Positions 19,451 to 27,047 of a stretch of 32,000 nucleotides of DNA are shown here, piece after piece. The first letter of the stretch is position 1. Every line of letters starts with the position of its first letter. The stretch spans positions 497,657 through 529,656 of the forward strand of contig NZ_OZ007039.1 of assembly GCF_963931675.1 (NCBI RefSeq), in the 5' to 3' direction. The position numbers and the translations under genes were made by a program. This DNA is from an uncultured Alistipes sp. Lineage in GTDB: Bacteria > Bacteroidota > Bacteroidia > Bacteroidales > Rikenellaceae. A model generated the notes under the pieces. It had not been told where the DNA came from and did not search any database. It saw only the letters and a program-made list of their open reading frames with translations.

Positions 19451-20383
19451 CTACTGCTTGCGAGCCGAATGGATCAACCGGGCGGGAGTCGCATGCAGGT
19501 AATTCTTGCAGAAACGGCTGAACTGCGTATAGTGGCGGAATCCGTATTTGTCCATCAACGCCTTGGTGCTGTCCTCACCGTCGCGAATATCGGCGAGGAT
19601 TTTCCGGGCCTTCTGCTGCAGCATCCAGTGGTAGACACTGTCATGGAAATGTTCGGCGAACCGGCGTTTGAAGACCGAGAGGCTCATTCCGGCCAAAGCG
19701 GCGAGACCGGCCACACTCTGCACCCGGTCGTAATTGTTGCAGACGAAGACGCGGAAGTTGTCCCGGGGCTGCATTATGGTCTGAAAGAAATAGGCTTGTT
19801 CGGTCGGGGTGTAGAGCAGCTTGATCATCATGAAGAGTTCGGAAGCCTTCATGCGGTGATAGCGGACGCAATCGGACATCTGCGGGACCATGAAACACGA
19901 GGAGATCAGCTGCTCGACAAAGGGGTGCATCGAGAGCATGGGGAGCGTCTCGACGGGGATCTGCGAATCGTAATCGTCACTTCTGTCGAGCAGGTCCTGA
20001 CAGCAGAACTCGACCCGGAGGATAAGAGATAGCACGACGACCCGGGTATCGGCATCCTGCGCCGTAGCGACGAACGACCCGTTTCGGTCGAGACAGACGC
20101 ACTGTTTCGAGGTGGCAAGGCGGGCAATACCGGTGCGGTTATCGGCGTTGTGTTCGATCCTCAGGGATCCGGAGAGGACGAACAGGATACGGACGACGTG
20201 ACCGGCCGGGAAGGAGAGCCCCTCTCCGGCGGCCAATGAGAGTTGGGAGAATCGGCAGTACGAGGAGTCTCCAATGCGCCGGAACGGCGCCGGGAAGGTA
20301 GGACAACTACTACAATCCGCAGAACAACACTCTTTCAAAGCCGACTCCTCAAACTGCGGTTTGGGTTGAGAATCCATACACAT
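19451..20383 (-). CDS. AraC/XylS-family transcriptional regulator
   Basis: C-terminal double HTH (VAGLAALAGMSLSVFKRRFAEHF...KYGFRHYTQFSRFCKNY). Start placed at MCMDSQ (20383) or MDSQ (20377), because the TACCTTTG -7 box at 20404-20397 lies inside the longer ORF 19451..20449. Confidence 0.8.
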   Translation of the reverse strand: MCMDSQPKPQFEESALKECCSADCSSCPTFPAPFRRIGDSSYCRFSQLSLAAGEGLSFPAGHVVRILFVLSGSLRIEHNADNRTGIARLATSKQCVCLDRNGSFVATAQDADTRVVVLSLILRVEFCCQDLLDRSDDYDSQIPVETLPMLSMHPFVEQLISSCFMVPQMSDCVRYHRMKASELFMMIKLLYTPTEQAYFFQTIMQPRDNFRVFVCNNYDRVQSVAGLAALAGMSLSVFKRRFAEHFHDSVYHWMLQQKARKILADIRDGEDSTKALMDKYGFRHYTQFSRFCKNYLHATPARLIHSARKQ

Positions 20384-20396
20384 GTGAAAGTTTGAA

Positions 20397-20404
20397 CAAA
20401 GGTA
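20397..20404 (-). promoter_or_regulatory. -7 box TACCTTTG for the AraC-family gene
   Basis: Matches TAnnTTTG on the minus strand, 13 nt upstream of the ATG at 20383. Confidence 0.45.
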
Positions 20405-20446
20405 TGAATAAAATCCCGAAAAGGCAACGAAAGGGTCGCCGGGATA

Positions 20447-20477
20447 CAAAAAAAAGCCGCCCGGGAGACCGGGCGAC
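20447..20477 (-). terminator. Intrinsic terminator after the lipoprotein gene
   Basis: On the minus strand, GTCGCCCGG-tctc-CCGGGCGGC (one mismatch) is followed by a U9 tract. Confidence 0.7.
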
Positions 20478-20487
20478 CATTTTCGGA

Positions 20488-20496
20488 GGGGGGGGG
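20488..20496 (+). repeat. Solitary G9 homopolymer, intergenic
   Basis: GGAG-G9-TGGCCCCGCCCC lies between the lipoprotein stop (20516) and its terminator hairpin. Confidence 0.7.
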
Positions 20497-20515
20497 TGGC
20501 CCCGCCCCGGAATTG

Positions 20516-21391
20516 TCACTTGTAGGAGATGATCAGGATCTTCGAGGATTCCCAGAAGCGGGCGGGGTCCGTAATGCGGAGTTTTTCGACGGTTTTATCG
20601 GCACTGGCGGCCAGTTCGTAGGAGTCCTCGGGGTGTGACGACACGACCGTCACCCGTTTGTGCCCGACGGGGATTTCGGCGAGCAGGCGCGAATCGGCCG
20701 CGGTGAAGCTGTCGAGATTCCCCGTAGCGCCGACGGTGAGGGTCCGGCCGATGAATCCCTGTTTGTTGATGATCTGGGCGTTCCGCAGCTCCTTTTCGGA
20801 TCCGACGATGTAATACACGGTATGGAGCTGGTTTTGGAGTTCGACCTTTTCGGAGCTGAGGTCCTCGATCCGGGCGCTGCTTTGGGCGACCTCTTCGGCA
20901 AGGGATTCGACCCGGAGGCCCATCTGTGCGAGGTTTTCGCGCAACCGATCCACTTCGGACTTTTTGTCTGCGAGCTGCCGGTTCAGATCGGCGATCATCT
21001 TTTCGAGGCCGTCGATGCGGAGGTTTGCCTTGCGCAGCAGGGAGGCGGAACGCTGCAGGGAGGCGATTTTGGCTTTGTTTTCCTGCAGGAGCCGGTCGAT
21101 GGCGGCAATATCGTTGTTGATCTCCTCGACGGGGCGGCGACCGCCTTCGGACTCACCGGCGACGGTGATGAGGTTTTCCCGGGACTTGATCATGGCGAGA
21201 TTTTCCGAGATGGCGTTGATGTCGTCGAAGATGAGGTGGATGAGCGAATCCTTTTCGCCGACCACGACGGCCAGGGAGTCCCGCTGGTTTTCGACGCGCA
21301 CGGCGGACTGCCTGCTGACGCAGGAGGTAAAGGCAAGCGCGGCGATTGCGGCCGCGGCCATCGACTGCAGGATAGCGGATTTCATAAGCAT
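20516..21391 (-). CDS. Coiled-coil lipoprotein of unknown function
   Basis: Start at MLMKSAILQSMAAAAIAALAFTSC, a signal peptide with lipobox Cys. The central region is heptad-like (LQENKAKIASLQRSASLLRKANLRIDGLEKMIADLNRQLADKKSEVDRLRENL). The upstream part of ORF 20516..21526 crosses the -7 box. Confidence 0.7.
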   Translation of the reverse strand: MLMKSAILQSMAAAAIAALAFTSCVSRQSAVRVENQRDSLAVVVGEKDSLIHLIFDDINAISENLAMIKSRENLITVAGESEGGRRPVEEINNDIAAIDRLLQENKAKIASLQRSASLLRKANLRIDGLEKMIADLNRQLADKKSEVDRLRENLAQMGLRVESLAEEVAQSSARIEDLSSEKVELQNQLHTVYYIVGSEKELRNAQIINKQGFIGRTLTVGATGNLDSFTAADSRLLAEIPVGHKRVTVVSSHPEDSYELAASADKTVEKLRITDPARFWESSKILIISYK

Positions 21392-21431
21392 TTGAGTTTT
21401 AGCGGATTCTGTTTCTATTTGCCTTCGGGGG

Positions 21432-21439
21432 CAAAGATA
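21432..21439 (-). promoter_or_regulatory. -7 box TATCTTTG for the lipoprotein gene
   Basis: Matches TAnnTTTG on the minus strand, 40 nt upstream of the ATG at 21391. Confidence 0.45.
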
Positions 21440-21483
21440 GGCATAAAACGGCGATTTTGTACCGGATTTGTGCAGGAGTCCGT

Positions 21484-21519
21484 AAAAAAAAGACGGACCG
21501 CACGCTATGTGCAGTCCGT
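21484..21519 (-). terminator. Intrinsic terminator after rpmE
   Basis: On the minus strand, ACGGACTGCAC-atagc-GTGCGGTCCGT (11 bp, one G-U) is followed by C and a U8 tract. Confidence 0.8.
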
Positions 21520-21544
21520 AACTCATCGACGCCGATGCGACGGT

Positions 21545-21814
21545 TTACTTGTTGGCGTTCTTCTTGTCGTAGCGTTTTGCGTATCGGCTCATAAACTTAT
21601 CGACGCGACCGGCGGTGTCTACCAGCTTCATCTTGCCCGTATAGAACGGGTGCGAGGTGTTGGAGATTTCCATCTTATACACGGGATAGGTTTCGCCGTT
21701 CACTTCGATGGTTTCTTTTGTCGAAACGGCGGACCGACACAAAAACACGTGGTCATTGGACATGTCCTTGAAGGCCACCAAACGATAATTTTCCGGATGA
21801 ATACCCTTTTTCAT
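21545..21814 (-). CDS. rpmE: 50S ribosomal protein L31 (type B, no CxxC zinc motif)
   Basis: Start at MKKGIHPENY. Contains the HPFYTGK motif. 89 aa. The upstream 60 codons of ORF 21545..21994 cross the promoter. Confidence 0.92.
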   Translation of the reverse strand: MKKGIHPENYRLVAFKDMSNDHVFLCRSAVSTKETIEVNGETYPVYKMEISNTSHPFYTGKMKLVDTAGRVDKFMSRYAKRYDKKNANK

Positions 21815-21851
21815 TTGTGTTTGTGTTTTTGATTCATGCTTTTGGCGGGGA

Positions 21852-21859
21852 CAAAGGTA
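21852..21859 (-). promoter_or_regulatory. -7 box TACCTTTG for rpmE
   Basis: Matches TAnnTTTG on the minus strand, 37 nt upstream of the ATG at 21814. Confidence 0.45.
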
Positions 21860-21921
21860 CGAATTTATTTGCAAGAAACAAGGGGGAAGGGTAAAATTTT
21901 CCTTTTTCGTTGATTTTGACG

Positions 21922-21953
21922 TTTGCGGAATACGGATTGTTTTCTTATCTTTG
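21922..21953 (+). promoter_or_regulatory. Bacteroidetes-type promoter for the tRNA(CAT) gene
   Basis: TTTG (21922-21925), a 20-nt spacer, then TATCTTTG (21946-21953). It ends 33 nt upstream of the tRNA 5' end. Confidence 0.55.
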
Positions 21954-21986
21954 CGCTCACGAAGCCGCACGGGGGTGCGGTATTTG

Positions 21987-22060
21987 GGGCCCATAGCTCA
22001 GTTGGTCAGAGCAGCGGACTCATAATCCGAAGGTCGTGGGATCATGCCCCTCTGGGCCCA
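21987..22060 (+). tRNA. tRNA with anticodon CAT (elongator Met or lysidine-Ile2 type), non-canonical T-arm
   Basis: Perfect acceptor stem GGGCCCA/TGGGCCC, D-arm GCTC-AGTTGGTCA-GAGC, and anticodon loop CTCATAA. The T-arm GTGGG-ATCATGC-CCCTC has a U50-U64 mismatch and A54/U58 instead of T54/A58. Confidence 0.65.
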
Positions 22061-22063
22061 CGG

Positions 22064-22098
22064 AAAAGGGACCTTCCTGAAAAGGAGGGTCCCTTTTT
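22064..22098 (+). terminator. Intrinsic terminator after the tRNA(CAT) gene
   Basis: AAAGGGACC...GGTCCCTTT stem with inner TCC/GGA pairs, followed by TT(CG). Confidence 0.6.
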
Positions 22099-22190
22099 CG
22101 TGTGTGACAGGCATCCCGTCGGGCCCGTGCAACCCGTTCCGGCGAAACGTTCGGCCCTGGGGAGCCGCCCGTCCCGCAGGCTGCCGGGAA

Positions 22191-23867
22191 TCAGTTTCCT
22201 GACTTTTTGGCGGCATCGTCGCTGCGGATCTCCTTGCGACGGATCTTGCCGCTGATGGTCTTGGGCAGCGACTCGACAAACTCGATCACGCGCGGATACT
22301 TGTAGGGGGCGGTAATTCGCTTGACATGGTCCTGCAACTCCTTGACCAGTGCGGCATCGGCCCGGTCGCGGTATGCGGCTGCAAGGACGATCGTCGCCTT
22401 GACGACCTGCCCGCGGATTTCGTCCGGCACGCCGGTGATGGCGCACTCGACGACGGCTGGATGGGTCATCAGGGCGCTTTCGACCTCGAAGGGGCCGATC
22501 CGGTAGCCCGAGCTCTTGATCACGTCGTCGGCACGCCCCACGAACCAGTAGTATCCGTCCTCGTCGCGCCAGGCCACGTCGCCCGTATAGTAAACGCCGT
22601 CATGCCAGGCCTCGCGCGTGCGGTTTTCATCGAGATAGTACTCCTTGAACAGACCGACGGGTTTCCCGCCGTCGGTACGGACGACGATCTGCCCCTGCTC
22701 TCCATCCTCGGCCGGACGTCCGTCGGGGGTCAGCAGGTCGATCCGATACTGGGGATTGGGTACGCCCATGCTGCCGGGCTTGGGCTCCATCCAGGGGAAG
22801 GTTCCGAGCGTCAGGGTGGTTTCGGTCTGCCCGAATCCCTCCATGAGGCGGATTCCGGTCTGGGCGAGGAAGGTGTCGTAAACCGAACCGTTGAGCGCCT
22901 CCCCGGCCGTCGTGCAGTACTCCAGAGACGAGAGGTCGAACTTCGAGAGGTCCTCGCGGATCATGAACCGGTAGATCGTCGGAGGGGCGCAGAGCGAGGT
23001 GATGCGGTACTGTCCGATCTTGCGGAGGATCTCCGCAGGGGTGAACTTCTCGTGGTCGTAGACGAAGAGCGTGGCTCCGGCGATCCACTGCCCGTAGAGT
23101 TTTCCCCAGGCGGCCTTGGCCCAGCCCGTATCGGCGATCGTCAGGTGGAGGCTTCCCTCGTGGAGGTTGTGCCAGTAGCGGGCGGTAACGATATGGCCGA
23201 GGGGATAGGTGAAGTCATGCGCCACCATCTTGGGTTCGCCGGTGGTTCCCGAAGTGAAGTACATGAGCATGATGTCGTCGTTTTCGTTCGCGTGTTCGGG
23301 TCGCACGAAAGGCTCCGCGGCCTCGATTCCGCGGTGGAAGTCGAGGAATCCTTCGGGGACCTCGGGTCCTACGCTGACCAGGGCCTTGACCGTGGGGCTT
23401 TCGGGCATGGCGGCGGCGACGTGGTCGGTGATGACCTGATCTCCGGCCACGACGATGGCCTTGATCGACGCGATATTGCAGCGGTAGACGACATCCTTCC
23501 TGGTAAGCAGGTGGGTGGCGGGGATCACCACGGCGCCGAGTTTGTGGAGGGCCAGCACCGAGAACCAGAATTCATAGCGGCGCTTGAGGATCAGCATCAC
23601 GGGGTCGCCCTTTCCGATGCCGAGGCTTCGGAAATAGGAGGCCGTCCGGTCGCTCTGGCGCTTCAGGTCGGCGAAGGAGAAGCGCTCTTCACGCCCCTTG
23701 TCGTCGGTCCAGAGCATGGCCAGCCGGTCGGGCTGTTCGGAGGCATAGACGTCCATGACGTCATAGGCGAAATTGAAATGCTCGGGCACCCGGATATGCA
23801 GGTGCTGCCGGAACTCCTCCTGCGAGGAGAAGTCGGTCCGGGTCAGGAATCGGGAGACAAGATCCAT
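22191..23867 (-). CDS. AMP-forming acyl-CoA synthetase/ligase (ANL superfamily, medium-chain-like)
   Basis: 558 aa with motifs YFTSGTTGEPKMV, YYTGD and GRADDVIKSSGYRIGPFEVE, plus a C-terminal lysine region (ISGKIRR). Confidence 0.88.
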   Translation of the reverse strand: MDLVSRFLTRTDFSSQEEFRQHLHIRVPEHFNFAYDVMDVYASEQPDRLAMLWTDDKGREERFSFADLKRQSDRTASYFRSLGIGKGDPVMLILKRRYEFWFSVLALHKLGAVVIPATHLLTRKDVVYRCNIASIKAIVVAGDQVITDHVAAAMPESPTVKALVSVGPEVPEGFLDFHRGIEAAEPFVRPEHANENDDIMLMYFTSGTTGEPKMVAHDFTYPLGHIVTARYWHNLHEGSLHLTIADTGWAKAAWGKLYGQWIAGATLFVYDHEKFTPAEILRKIGQYRITSLCAPPTIYRFMIREDLSKFDLSSLEYCTTAGEALNGSVYDTFLAQTGIRLMEGFGQTETTLTLGTFPWMEPKPGSMGVPNPQYRIDLLTPDGRPAEDGEQGQIVVRTDGGKPVGLFKEYYLDENRTREAWHDGVYYTGDVAWRDEDGYYWFVGRADDVIKSSGYRIGPFEVESALMTHPAVVECAITGVPDEIRGQVVKATIVLAAAYRDRADAALVKELQDHVKRITAPYKYPRVIEFVESLPKTISGKIRRKEIRSDDAAKKSGN

Positions 23868-23872
23868 ACCTC

Positions 23873-24430
23873 TTATAATATTATGGCCAGAAAACGGACC
23901 GTTTTACCATCGAGTGCCTTCATGCCGTGCGGGAGTCCGGAGTCGAAATAGAGGCTGTCTCCGGGTTCGAGTTCGATCTGTTTTCCGTTGAGTTCGATGA
24001 GCAGGCGCCCTTCGAGGACATAGTTCATCTCCTGTCCGGGGTGCATGTTGAGGTGCATGGGGGCATCGTCGGGCGCGGGTTCCACGGTCACGATGAAGGG
24101 ATCGATGCGGCGGTCGCGGAATCCCGCGGCGAGGGCTTCGTACTTGTAGGCCTTGCGGCGTTCGACGGAGACGCCCTTCCCGGCGCGGGTAATGAAGTAG
24201 GAGTTCATGCGGGGTTCCTCGCCGAACATCAGCACGTCGAGGCTGATGCCGTAGTGGCGGGAGATGGTCTGCAGGAGATTGACCGAAATATCGGCCTTGC
24301 CGCTTTCGAGTTCCCGATACTGTTCGAGGGAGATATGACAGCTGTCGGCCACCTCCTGTTCGGATAAATCGAGGACTTCGCGCAGCCCGCGCAATCGGGT
24401 TGCGATCGAGAGAATGGGATCGTCGCACAT
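23873..24430 (-). CDS. XRE-family HTH regulator with C-terminal cupin domain
   Basis: Start at MCDDPILSIATRLRGLREVLDLSEQEVA (HTH). The cupin region is GQEMNYVLEGRLLIELNGKQIELEPGDSLYFDSGLPHG. The stop lies 5 nt upstream of the ligase start, so the two genes likely form an operon. Confidence 0.8.
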   Translation of the reverse strand: MCDDPILSIATRLRGLREVLDLSEQEVADSCHISLEQYRELESGKADISVNLLQTISRHYGISLDVLMFGEEPRMNSYFITRAGKGVSVERRKAYKYEALAAGFRDRRIDPFIVTVEPAPDDAPMHLNMHPGQEMNYVLEGRLLIELNGKQIELEPGDSLYFDSGLPHGMKALDGKTVRFLAIIL

Positions 24431-24583
24431 ATTTTTTTCGTTTAGAGGTGAGACCGCCGCCCTAACCATGCGGCGATTGGCCGTAAATATACGAAAAATT
24501 TTTCAAAACTTCGGAAAAAGGGCTCTAAAAGTTCCGGGCGGGCGATTTTCCGGGCCCATCGAGTCAAAAAAACGCCCTGATAT

Positions 24584-24614
24584 TTTGCATTTCGGCGGAA
24601 AAAGGCTATATTTG
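24584..24614 (+). promoter_or_regulatory. Bacteroidetes-type promoter of the his operon
   Basis: TTTG (24584-24587), a 19-nt spacer, then TATATTTG (24607-24614). It ends 19 nt upstream of the leader ATG. Confidence 0.6.
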
Positions 24615-24633
24615 TCCCCAACGAAACGAAGAG

Positions 24634-24687
24634 ATGACGATTTTCAACCATATCCATCATCACCGCAGCCACTTCACCGAGGGGTAG
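24634..24687 (+). CDS. Candidate histidine-operon leader peptide MTIFNHIHHHRSHFTEG
   Basis: 17 codons, 5 of them His (CAT CAT CAT CAC CAC) including an HHH run. It lies between the promoter and a terminator ahead of hisG. It is too short to appear in the ORF track. Confidence 0.6.
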   Translation: MTIFNHIHHHRSHFTEG

Positions 24688-24740
24688 ACGATCATGTATG
24701 GACAGGAGGGAAAACGGACAAGCATACCGACAAACATGAA

Positions 24741-24771
24741 GCTCACCCCTTGCGGGGTGGGCTTTTTGTTT
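24741..24771 (+). terminator. Attenuator terminator upstream of hisG
   Basis: GCTCACCCC-ttgc-GGGGTGGGC (9 bp, one G-U) followed by TTTTTGTTT. It lies 60 nt upstream of the hisG ATG. Confidence 0.65.
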
Positions 24772-24830
24772 GGCGCGACCGCAAGGGAGAGTTTCCGCAA
24801 AGGGAACGACAACCAAAAAACAGAATAGAG

Positions 24831-25682
24831 ATGCTGAGAATAGCGATTCAGGCCAAGGGCCGATTGAATGAACAGAGTACGAGCCTGCTTGCGGAGGCGG
24901 GCATCCAGGTCGCCGAGAGCAAGCGCAAGCTGATCTCGCAGGCCGAAGGTTTTCCGCTGGAGGTGCTGTACCTGCGCGACGACGACATTCCGCAGGCGGT
25001 TTCGATGGGCGTTGCGGATCTGGGGATCGTGGGGCTGAACGAGGTAGCGGAGAAGGGTTATCCGGTGGAGCAGCTCATGGACCTCGGGTTCGGGGGTTGC
25101 CGCATTTCGCTGGCGGTCCCGAAGGGCACGGAGTACCCGGGTCCGGAGTTTTTCCGGGGCAAGCGCATTGCGACCTCCTACCCGAACATCCTGACGCGCT
25201 ACTTCGCCGAGCGGGAGATCGAGGCTGAGATCCACCGGATCGAGGGTTCGGTGGAGATTGCCCCGGCGGTGGGGATGTCGGATGCGATTTTCGACATCGT
25301 GTCGTCGGGCGGGACGCTCATCTCGAACGGACTGGTGGAGGTCGAGAAGGTCTTCTTCTCGGAGGCGGTGCTGATCGCGCACCCGGGTCTGGATGCCGGG
25401 AAGCGGCGGGAGGTCGGGCAGCTGACCTTCCGGCTGAACTCGATCCTGGAGAGCCGGGGGATGAAATACGTGCTGATGAACCTCCCGAAGGAGCGGTTGC
25501 AGGAGGCGATCCGGATCCTGCCGGGGATGCGGAGCCCGACGGTTCTGCCGCTGGCGCAGGAGGGGTGGTGTTCGATCCACGCCGTCATTGCGCAGGAGCA
25601 GCTCTGGGAGCGCATCGAACGGCTGAAGGAGATCGGTGCGGAAGGCATCCTGGTCCTGAATCTGGAAAACATGATCCGCTAA
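24831..25682 (+). CDS. hisG: ATP phosphoribosyltransferase (long form)
   Basis: Start MLRIAIQAKGRLNEQS, 283 aa, first gene of the his cluster. The upstream part of ORF 24414..25682 crosses the promoter, leader and terminator. Confidence 0.93.
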   Translation: MLRIAIQAKGRLNEQSTSLLAEAGIQVAESKRKLISQAEGFPLEVLYLRDDDIPQAVSMGVADLGIVGLNEVAEKGYPVEQLMDLGFGGCRISLAVPKGTEYPGPEFFRGKRIATSYPNILTRYFAEREIEAEIHRIEGSVEIAPAVGMSDAIFDIVSSGGTLISNGLVEVEKVFFSEAVLIAHPGLDAGKRREVGQLTFRLNSILESRGMKYVLMNLPKERLQEAIRILPGMRSPTVLPLAQEGWCSIHAVIAQEQLWERIERLKEIGAEGILVLNLENMIR

Positions 25683-25693
25683 AACGACGAACG

Positions 25694-27007
25694 ATGGAAC
25701 GACTGACCATTTACAATAATCCGGCCCGGGTCGAATGGGCGGCCCTGACCGAGCGCTGTACGCGCCGCGAGGAGGAGATCACCGAACAGGTTGCGGCGAT
25801 TCTCGACGAAGTGCGCAGCGGGGGCGACCGTGCGCTGCGTGCGATCACGCAACGCATCGAGGGCCGCACGCCGGACCGGCAGGAGGTTCCGGCCGGGGAG
25901 CTGCAGGCGGCCGAAAAGGAACTCTCCCCCGAACTGAAGGAGGCACTGGCTGCGGCGAAGGCGAATATCGAGGCTTTCCACCGGGCGCAGCTTCCGGGCG
26001 AGGTGCGGACGGAGACGCAGCCGGGGGTGACGTGCCTCCAGCGGGCGGTACCGATCCGGCGCGTGGGGCTCTACATCCCGGGCGGAAAGGCGCCGCTCTT
26101 CTCGACGGTGCTGATGCTGGCCGTTCCGGCGCGGGTGGCGGGCTGTCGGGAGGTGATTCTCTGCACCCCGGCGCGCCCCGACGGCACGATCGCCCCGGAG
26201 ATCCGCCATGCCGCATGGTTGTGCGGTGTGGACCGCGTCTTTGCCGTGGGCGGGGCACAGGCCGTCGCGGCGATGGCCTACGGTACGGAGAGCATCCCGC
26301 GCGTGGACAAGATCTTCGGGCCGGGGAACCGCTACGTCACGAAAGCCAAGCAGCTGACCGGCGCGAACGTCGTGGCGGTGGACCTTCCGGCGGGGCCTTC
26401 GGAAGTGCTGGTGCTGGCCGACGACGGAGCATCTCCGGCATTTGCCGCCGCGGACCTGCTTTCTCAGGCCGAGCACGACGGGGACAGCCAGGCGGTGCTG
26501 GTCTGCGCCTCGATGGAGTTCGCCCTTGCCACGCAGCGGGCCGTCGAGGAGCAGTTGCGGGCGCGGCGCCGCGGGGAGATCATTCGCGAGGCGTTGCAGC
26601 AGAGCCGGATCATCATCCTGAACGACCGCGACGAGCGGATCGCCTTCTCGAACGCCTACGCCCCGGAACACCTGATCCTCTCGATGGATGAGCCGTGGGA
26701 AGCCGCCGCGCAGATCACCGATGCCGGGAGCGTCTTCATCGGGCCGTGGTCGCCGGAGAGTGCCGGGGACTACGCCTCGGGGACGAACCACACGTTGCCG
26801 ACGGGCGGCTGGGCCCGCTCGTACAGCGGGGTGAACATCGATTCGTTCCTGCGGAAGATCACCTTCCAGGAGCTGACGCGCGAGGGTCTCGCGGGGCTTG
26901 CGCCGACCATCGAGACGATGGCCGAGGCCGAGGGGCTGGACGGCCACGCCGCGGCGGTACGGCTTCGTCTGGAGGCCTCCGGCGCCACGTCTTCGGAGGC
27001 CGAATAA
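25694..27007 (+). CDS. hisD: Histidinol dehydrogenase
   Basis: Start MERLTIYNNP, 437 aa. Motifs LLSQAEHD and GDYASGTNHTLPT. Confidence 0.95.
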   Translation: MERLTIYNNPARVEWAALTERCTRREEEITEQVAAILDEVRSGGDRALRAITQRIEGRTPDRQEVPAGELQAAEKELSPELKEALAAAKANIEAFHRAQLPGEVRTETQPGVTCLQRAVPIRRVGLYIPGGKAPLFSTVLMLAVPARVAGCREVILCTPARPDGTIAPEIRHAAWLCGVDRVFAVGGAQAVAAMAYGTESIPRVDKIFGPGNRYVTKAKQLTGANVVAVDLPAGPSEVLVLADDGASPAFAAADLLSQAEHDGDSQAVLVCASMEFALATQRAVEEQLRARRRGEIIREALQQSRIIILNDRDERIAFSNAYAPEHLILSMDEPWEAAAQITDAGSVFIGPWSPESAGDYASGTNHTLPTGGWARSYSGVNIDSFLRKITFQELTREGLAGLAPTIETMAEAEGLDGHAAAVRLRLEASGATSSEAE

Positions 27008-27047
27008 GCCCTCCGCATGATTTCACAACGCAGACAACAAACGACCC

